A stretch of DNA of 32,117 nucleotides from an uncultured Bacteroidales bacterium (GTDB lineage: Bacteria > Bacteroidota > Bacteroidia > Bacteroidales > JBBRXJ01), in contig CAYPTK010000004.1 of the NCBI GenBank assembly GCA_964413555.1, positions 1 through 32,117 on the forward strand, written 5' to 3'. The notes beneath the pieces are model-generated. The model saw nothing but the letters and a program-made list of their open reading frames with translations. It was not told the DNA's origin and ran no database searches. Below, piece by piece: positions 27,401-32,117 of the stretch (within the stretch, counting starts at the first letter, position 1; each line of letters opens with the position of its first letter). The position numbers and the translations under genes were made by a program.

Positions 27401-30400
27401 CACCTTTGGCTGTTCAGACAGTTTAACAAGAAATGTTACAGTCTATCCTGATATCGAAGCCGGGTTTACAGCAGATCAATACAATGCTTGTCATCCTGCA
27501 CGATTTAATTTTATCAGCACATCACAGGGAGCAAGCCAGTACTTATGGAATTTTGGAGACAATTCAACATCTGTCAGCCCTGATTCCACATTTCATCAAT
27601 ATGAAAAAAATAATACTGATACAGTAAAATCATTCAGGGTGAGTCTGTTTGTTACTTCCGGGACTAACGAATGTACGGATTTTATAGATACTGTTGTCAC
27701 GGTTAATCCATACCTCAAAGCCGTATTTTCTGTAGAAGATTATGTTGGATGCACCCCGTTTGATGCTGAATTTGACAACGGGTCCATAGGGAAAATTGAT
27801 ACCTGCAAGTGGTTTGTGAATGATATACATATGGATACATTTTATGATACAACAGATGTCTCGTATTCATTAACCAATCCTGATTCGACTGAACGCACCT
27901 ATGCAATACGCCTATACGTATCAAATACCGAAAATTGTTCAGATGTTTATTATGATACGGTAGCTGTATATCCTTACCTCGATGCGGATTTTAATATTTC
28001 ACCTGCTGACAGTGGATGCCATCCTTTACCTATACAATTTACCGATGTATCAGATGGAAGAGGAAGTTATTCATGGGACTTTGGGGATGATCATACATCA
28101 ATCCAACAACATCCTTCTCATACATTCCAGAATGCAAACAGTACAAATGATACCGTGTACACAGTTAAATTCAAAATAACAGCTGCAAATTGCAGTGATT
28201 CATTAAGTAAAGATGTAACTGTTTTCGCTGTACCCAGTGCACAGTTTAATATTGATTCTGTTGCCGGGTGCACCCCGTTTACTGTAACAATAGATAATAA
28301 CTCCATTGCCTCAAACCCCGCTTATTTTTGGACTTTTGGTGATGGGAACAGCCTGAATACTTCTTCAGACAGTATATTTTCACATGTTTATCAAAATACA
28401 AGTTACACGAATGACTCAGTTTACAGTTTAAAACTCAAGGTGGTGAACCCACGTCAATGTAAAGACAGTCTTTCACAAAATGTCACTATTTATCCACAGA
28501 TTGAATCAGAATTTAACCCTGATAAATATGTATCGTGTGCACCTGCTCAATTCAGATTTTATAATCAATCGTCGGGGGCGGCCACGTATTTATGGAATTT
28601 GGATGACGGGGCAACATCTGTATCACCGGATTCGGTGTTGCACGTGTACGAATGGAATAATTCCGACACGGTCAGAGAATATAATGTAAGTCTTTTCGTG
28701 ACAGCTCCAAACAAAGTATGCACGGATTTAAAAGATACGATAATCCGCGTGAATCCATACCTGGATGCTTCATTTACAGTTGAAGATTATATTGACTGCC
28801 CGCCATTCACGACCACGTTGGCAAACGCGTCAACAGGAAAAATTGACACTTCTTTTTGGTATGTTGAAGATACACTCCGGTATACAGGAAACAACAAGGC
28901 AGATTTCAATTATACATATCAAAACATGGATACCATTTCCAAAAAATATCCCGTGAGATTAAGAGTAACAAATGATGAAGGATGTCAGGAAGATTATTAT
29001 GATACTGTAGCTGTTTTCCCAAAAGTAATTGCAGGATTTGACGTGTCACCGGGATATAAAGGGTGTCATCCTTTTACAGTACAATTCACGGACACCAGCC
29101 AGGCAGCTTTAAATTATTACTGGGATTTCGGCGATCTGCAATCGTCAAAATCCAAACACCCATCTCATGAATTTATTAATATCAGCAATACAAGAGATAC
29201 TACATATACTGTTGAATTAAGGGTTAATTCATACAATTGTGCCGATACTATTTCTAAAACAATTAAAGTGTATGCTGCACCAAAGGCTAATTTAATTGTT
29301 GATAAATCTGCAGATTGCCATCCCTTTACAGTGACCGGGCTCAATTATTCCGAGGTCACGTCTGCGCGATATCAATGGGATTTTGGTGATTTAACATACA
29401 ATACTACCACGGATACCGGCAGTTTTTCACATACGTTTTATAATGATTCAACAAAGGTTCTGGATTACACGATTCAATTGGTTGCAGTAACGGATTCGGG
29501 GAGCTGTAAAGACAGCGTTTCTTCAACCATAAAAGTATTTCCGAACGTGACGGCAGATTTCCAGTATGATACCAGTGGTTGTGATCCTATTGAAGTAAGT
29601 TTTACAAATCAGTCCAGGAACGGGTATTTTTACCATTGGGAATTTGGAGACGGCATTTTCTCCTCGGAGTTCAATCCGGATCATTATTATGACAATACCA
29701 CCTGGCAAGACACTACATATACCGTGGAATTGGTTGCAAGATCAAAATACGGGTGTTTGGATACAATTCAGAAAGGTATTGATATTTACCCGACTCCCAA
29801 CCCACAGTTCACAGTAAAACCAGATTTCCAGGTGTTTGATGAGAACACGATGGTTACCATAAACAATTCAACCGAATTCAGGGAAAATTGGGATTACTCA
29901 TGGACGTTCGGTGACAATACAAATTCTACCAATGATTCGGCACAATTTGAAAAAGATTATGACGTATGGCCGGAAGCAAAAGACAATTATATATTCCAGG
30001 TAAAAGTGATCGCGTCCAATCCTTCTCATCCTGAATGCAATAATCAGGCTATTAAAGAAATCGTGATTGATCCTCCACAACCCATGGCACGGATTGTAAT
30101 CCCGGATTCAACAGGATGTACACCTCTCACCATTGATTTTGATGCATTATACAAATATGCTGACACGGTTATTTGGGAATTTGGTGACGGCACATCAGTA
30201 ACCGGAGAATTTACTCCAACGCATACATACGATACCGCGGGAGTATATATTGTAAAGCTTACAGTAAAAGGCGAAAAAACCAAAGAAGATTATGATTACC
30301 AGTACGTGGAAGCATACCAGGTACCTTTAGTGGATTTTTACCCGCGAAATGATACCATTTCATTGCCTGATGCTACAATTCAGTTTAATGACAGATCGCT

Positions 30401-30884
30401 TTATTCTGATTATAGTTATTGGGATTTTGGAGATGGCCATACATCTACCAAAAAGCGGCCGGTCCATTCATATTCAAAAGCAGGGGTTTATGATGTAATG
30501 CTCAAAGACTCAACCATAAACGGCTGTGTTGATTCATTGGTTGTTGAAAATGCCGTTTTTGTAACCGCTCCACTCAAATTGGAATTCCCTAATGCTTTTG
30601 TTCCTGACCAATCTGGGCCAACCAAAGGAGAATATGATACTTTAGATATTCAAAGCGGTATAAAAATATTTCATCCTTTGCATAACAATGTCAAAGAATA
30701 TCATTTGCAAATATTTAACAGGTGGGGAGAAAAACTCTTTGAAACCCGGAATCCAATGAAAGGCTGGGACGGTTATTATAATGGTACTTTATGTAAACAG
30801 GATGTTTACATTTACAAAGTAGAAGTGAAATATATAACCGGTAAAACAGAAGAACGGGTTGGGAGCGTGACACTGCTAAGATAA
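24411..30884 (+). CDS. Giant T9SS-secreted PKD-repeat protein (IgGFc-binding-N-terminal-like domain, ~17 PKD repeats, type-B gliding-motility-associated CTD)
   Basis: 2157-aa ORF. There is no in-frame ATG before codon 69 (24615). Candidate starts are TTG 24411, TTG 24423 and GTG 24432; the last gives MKRSLKYIYILFIILGSLNVKG-Q. N-terminal TEFWFVAPN...GGCYGYFSDF domain. About 17 repeats carry WDFGDG-type motifs. The C-terminal LEFPNAFVPDQSG...IFNRWGEKLFE...GWDGYYNG...QDVYIYKVEV fits the type-B (CHU_C) sorting domain. Confidence 0.9.
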   Translation: MYKKLIDVKRSLKYIYILFIILGSLNVKGQTDTEFWFVAPNITSGHWWWHAGTPSEPGAVPIYLTLTAMELPAQVTINQPANQYDAITNPDGFQTITVNLNANESKTITLVDNNMDHADSVMLKNLENFPYMTVNNKGLNIQSTNLITAYYEVAEYFNTDIYALKGRNALGTDFYASFQTAKNLGNYSPTPYSAIDIVATEDNTTVHVFPTNPVMGMGAAPFDITLDKGETYSVIPADKRDVDDNLRGTRITTDGKKIAVTITEDSKIEEGCRDMIGDQTIPLEAMNSKGVMAPIVGKEYIVMKGNLEDAGSAYDQIYILGTVNNTNLQIIDVTNGDTVTTTIHQQGTEPYIINETNDGEAITYVKADEPVYVWHITGGGDGCEEGAAVLPAIDKCTGSSKVGFARYTDHSKFILNIMVRNGAEGNFELNGDPTLVQAGDFTDIPGTPWAAASLHMEGDIAVGSSNMLINTKDIFHLGIMNGDERTGGCYGYFSDFNEVEAEGIVAGTGQTGIKSCYEEPVQLIATGGTNYEWKPVTYLNDPYISTPISTPKKSINYTVYTYGACNQVDSAEVNLLVGNPLDVNFAIDTVQGCSPLTVNITNTSYGIGGMITQLWQIDGVNYTNQYDPPPKTFTNTSDTAEVHTIILYGSDSSDLCIDSMRREVIVYPQINADFQASDTIGCAPLDVSFTNTSTGDTTGLFYWDFGDGGTSGQLSPSHVYQNYTSDDTTFNVEMIAVSSYFCRDTANKDFTIHPYIHTEFAIDSTSSCASYTAHIHNNSIGVDTFFLDFGDGTDTTCTSFSTITHLYTNSDTVPYFYTIKLTGVNEEGCVDTSVRQVRVSPQVNADFNLTPTRGCDSVMVQFTNASSGYQLSYSWDFGDGSSSKAKNPQHLYTNKTGQLIIDTVMLAIQSKYFCRDTIYDTVNIYPYIKADFAMDTVYSCPPFQATIHNQSVGVDNYTWDFDDGTQSATSDTLFSHTYTNTSYTNDSVYVLKLVASNTFGCSDSLTRNVTVYPDIEAGFTADQYNACHPARFNFISTSQGASQYLWNFGDNSTSVSPDSTFHQYEKNNTDTVKSFRVSLFVTSGTNECTDFIDTVVTVNPYLKAVFSVEDYVGCTPFDAEFDNGSIGKIDTCKWFVNDIHMDTFYDTTDVSYSLTNPDSTERTYAIRLYVSNTENCSDVYYDTVAVYPYLDADFNISPADSGCHPLPIQFTDVSDGRGSYSWDFGDDHTSIQQHPSHTFQNANSTNDTVYTVKFKITAANCSDSLSKDVTVFAVPSAQFNIDSVAGCTPFTVTIDNNSIASNPAYFWTFGDGNSLNTSSDSIFSHVYQNTSYTNDSVYSLKLKVVNPRQCKDSLSQNVTIYPQIESEFNPDKYVSCAPAQFRFYNQSSGAATYLWNLDDGATSVSPDSVLHVYEWNNSDTVREYNVSLFVTAPNKVCTDLKDTIIRVNPYLDASFTVEDYIDCPPFTTTLANASTGKIDTSFWYVEDTLRYTGNNKADFNYTYQNMDTISKKYPVRLRVTNDEGCQEDYYDTVAVFPKVIAGFDVSPGYKGCHPFTVQFTDTSQAALNYYWDFGDLQSSKSKHPSHEFINISNTRDTTYTVELRVNSYNCADTISKTIKVYAAPKANLIVDKSADCHPFTVTGLNYSEVTSARYQWDFGDLTYNTTTDTGSFSHTFYNDSTKVLDYTIQLVAVTDSGSCKDSVSSTIKVFPNVTADFQYDTSGCDPIEVSFTNQSRNGYFYHWEFGDGIFSSEFNPDHYYDNTTWQDTTYTVELVARSKYGCLDTIQKGIDIYPTPNPQFTVKPDFQVFDENTMVTINNSTEFRENWDYSWTFGDNTNSTNDSAQFEKDYDVWPEAKDNYIFQVKVIASNPSHPECNNQAIKEIVIDPPQPMARIVIPDSTGCTPLTIDFDALYKYADTVIWEFGDGTSVTGEFTPTHTYDTAGVYIVKLTVKGEKTKEDYDYQYVEAYQVPLVDFYPRNDTISLPDATIQFNDRSLYSDYSYWDFGDGHTSTKKRPVHSYSKAGVYDVMLKDSTINGCVDSLVVENAVFVTAPLKLEFPNAFVPDQSGPTKGEYDTLDIQSGIKIFHPLHNNVKEYHLQIFNRWGEKLFETRNPMKGWDGYYNGTLCKQDVYIYKVEVKYITGKTEERVGSVTLLR
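27183..29276 (+). repeat. Intragenic higher-order tandem duplication: two 349-codon units, each of four PKD-like domains
   Basis: FSHTYTNTSYTNDSVYVLKL (F codon at 27330) and FSHVYQNTSYTNDSVYSLKL (F codon at 28377) are exactly 1047 nt apart. The four domains that follow are collinear between the units, with roughly half the residues identical by eye. Confidence 0.8.
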
Positions 30885-30905
30885 CCGGCTATATAGAAAA
30901 TCAAT

Positions 30906-30913
30906 TATATTTG
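30906..30913 (+). promoter_or_regulatory. Candidate -7 box (TATATTTG) upstream of porP/sprF-like gene
   Basis: Exact TAnnTTTG match 40 nt upstream of TTG start 30954. It would allow expression independent of the giant upstream gene. Confidence 0.3.
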
Positions 30914-30953
30914 TGTTTTAAACTTTTATAAAGACAAAAATAAAATTTGACTA

Positions 30954-31934
30954 TTGAGATATATCATACACATATTAATATTGATCAGCATGCTTAATGA
31001 AATTCACGCGCAAGATCCTCATTTTTCCCAGTTTTACTCTACCCCTCTTTATCTTGCCCCTTCATTTGCAGGCACGTCTTCACAAAAATCCAGAGCGGCA
31101 TTTAATTATCGGAACCAATGGCCGGAAGTAAGCCAGGCATTCACAACAAGAGCGTTTTCATTTGATCATTTTTTTTCGGAAATAAAAAGTGGCATAGGAA
31201 TTCTTTTTGCAAATGACGTGGCTGGTGTCGGGAATTTAAGCACGATTAATATTGGAGCCCAATATTCATATGATTTCCAGGTAACACGGGAAATACACGT
31301 GAGGCCGGGGACACATATTTATTATACACAGCGGAAAGTAGATAATGATTTACTGCTTTTTTATGATGAAATTTCTGAAAATATAGATTATAGTGTTGCA
31401 CCCGAGCCTGATGAATTGAAATCTGATATTGATTTCGCGACGTCTGTTATCGTGTATAGTAAAACATATTGGGGAGGAATTACATTCGACCACCTTTTAA
31501 ATGCAAATCAATCATTATATGGCGACAAGGCATTGATTCCTTTAAAGATCTCATTATTTGGAGGATACAGGTTTCCCCTGAAAAGGAAGTTGTTGTTATC
31601 ATTTGAAGAAAGTTTAACGGTTGCATTTTTATATAATATACAAGGTGATTATAAACAGCTTCAACTGGGAAGTTACTATCATAAAAACCCCCTTGTTTTT
31701 GGGATGTGGTACAGGGGGATTCCTTTTTTTAAAGGAAATTTTCCGGGTAGTGATGCACTGATTTTTTTAATGGGATACAAAATTGAAAATGTAAATGTGG
31801 GATACAGCTATGATTTTTCAATATCAAAGCTTAGGAATTTAACAGGAGGCGCCCATGAAATTTCATTGGTGTTCAATTTTAAAATTAAAGAATGGCAAAA
31901 AAAGCCCACGTCCGTGCCGTGCCCGCATTTTTAA
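30954..31934 (+). CDS. PorP/SprF-family type IX secretion system membrane protein
   Basis: 326-aa ORF. The mature N-terminus QDPHFSQFYSTPLYLAPSFAG matches the PorP/SprF consensus. The TTG start (30954) is preceded two codons upstream by an in-frame TGA and gives signal peptide MRYIIHILILISMLNEIHA-QD; the only ATG (30990) would leave no signal peptide. It lies 69 nt downstream of the type-B CTD cargo gene. Confidence 0.85.
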   Translation: MRYIIHILILISMLNEIHAQDPHFSQFYSTPLYLAPSFAGTSSQKSRAAFNYRNQWPEVSQAFTTRAFSFDHFFSEIKSGIGILFANDVAGVGNLSTINIGAQYSYDFQVTREIHVRPGTHIYYTQRKVDNDLLLFYDEISENIDYSVAPEPDELKSDIDFATSVIVYSKTYWGGITFDHLLNANQSLYGDKALIPLKISLFGGYRFPLKRKLLLSFEESLTVAFLYNIQGDYKQLQLGSYYHKNPLVFGMWYRGIPFFKGNFPGSDALIFLMGYKIENVNVGYSYDFSISKLRNLTGGAHEISLVFNFKIKEWQKKPTSVPCPHF

Positions 31935-32065
31935 AAGATATATTATCCCGGGGTTACCCGTTTATAAAGTAATAAATATGAATAGCAGTTGTTTATTCAT
32001 TGAGTTAATTTAATATTACAATAACCCGGTATTACATTTATATTTTGTTGCATTATACAATATTA

Positions 32066-32117
32066 TTTAAGGGGGCTTCTAATAATTCCTTTCTTTCAAA
32101 AAACAAATAGAATAAAT
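32066..32117. repeat. Direct repeat copy 2 (52 bp, exact, truncated by window end)
   Basis: Identical to 12185-12236. Upstream of this copy the corresponding frame is closed by a TAA at 32006-32008, so it is a detached 3'-end fragment and not a second full gene. Confidence 0.9.

Noticed and set aside
24411-30884. Regular ~250-nt periodicity, checked as a possible CRISPR-like or satellite array.
   Set aside because: The periodicity is protein-level PKD domain repetition within one continuous ORF. There are no short identical direct repeats with unique spacers.
12237-32065. Interpretation of the repeat-bracketed 19.9 kb as an integrative mobile element or genomic island.
   Set aside because: There is no integrase, transposase, relaxase, phage or tRNA gene. 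The content includes core genes (typA, crcB), and I noticed no compositional break at either boundary. It is kept only as one of several hypotheses in the direct-repeat finding.

Overview
AT-rich chromosomal segment, almost certainly from a Bacteroidota genome. The evidence is two giant type IX secretion (T9SS) cargo genes, a PorP/SprF gene and TAnnTTTG-type promoter boxes. All calls rest on reading the supplied translations, my own translation of untracked regions, and remembered family motifs; no homology search was run. Minus-strand genes at 1-8.9 kb: a partial family-2-like sulfotransferase, a GT-B glycosyltransferase, a TPST/RaxST-like sulfotransferase, an MsbA-like ABC exporter, purB, a putative beta-barrel protein, and an M48 metallopeptidase whose signal-peptide exon is cut off by one in-frame TAA. 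At 9.3-13.1 kb lies the most unusual block. A SiaB-like kinase/SiaC-like (DUF1987) phosphoprotein pair is transcribed divergently from an HprK-like P-loop kinase. That kinase is translationally coupled to a SULT-type sulfotransferase and followed by an orphan lipoprotein. No SiaA phosphatase, SiaD cyclase or RiPP core genes are in reach. Next come typA/bipA, a secreted protein, crcB, a YceI-family gene and a DUF2459-like gene. The last 14 kb holds two divergently transcribed giant adhesin-like genes: a 2073-aa protein with a type-A T9SS C-terminal domain (CTD), and a 2157-aa protein with about 17 PKD repeats, a type-B CTD and a downstream PorP/SprF partner. An exact 52-bp direct repeat links the 3' end of the third sulfotransferase gene (12185-12236) to the last bases of the window (32066-32117), bracketing 19.9 kb. 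I found no rRNA, tRNA, CRISPR array, integrase or transposase.
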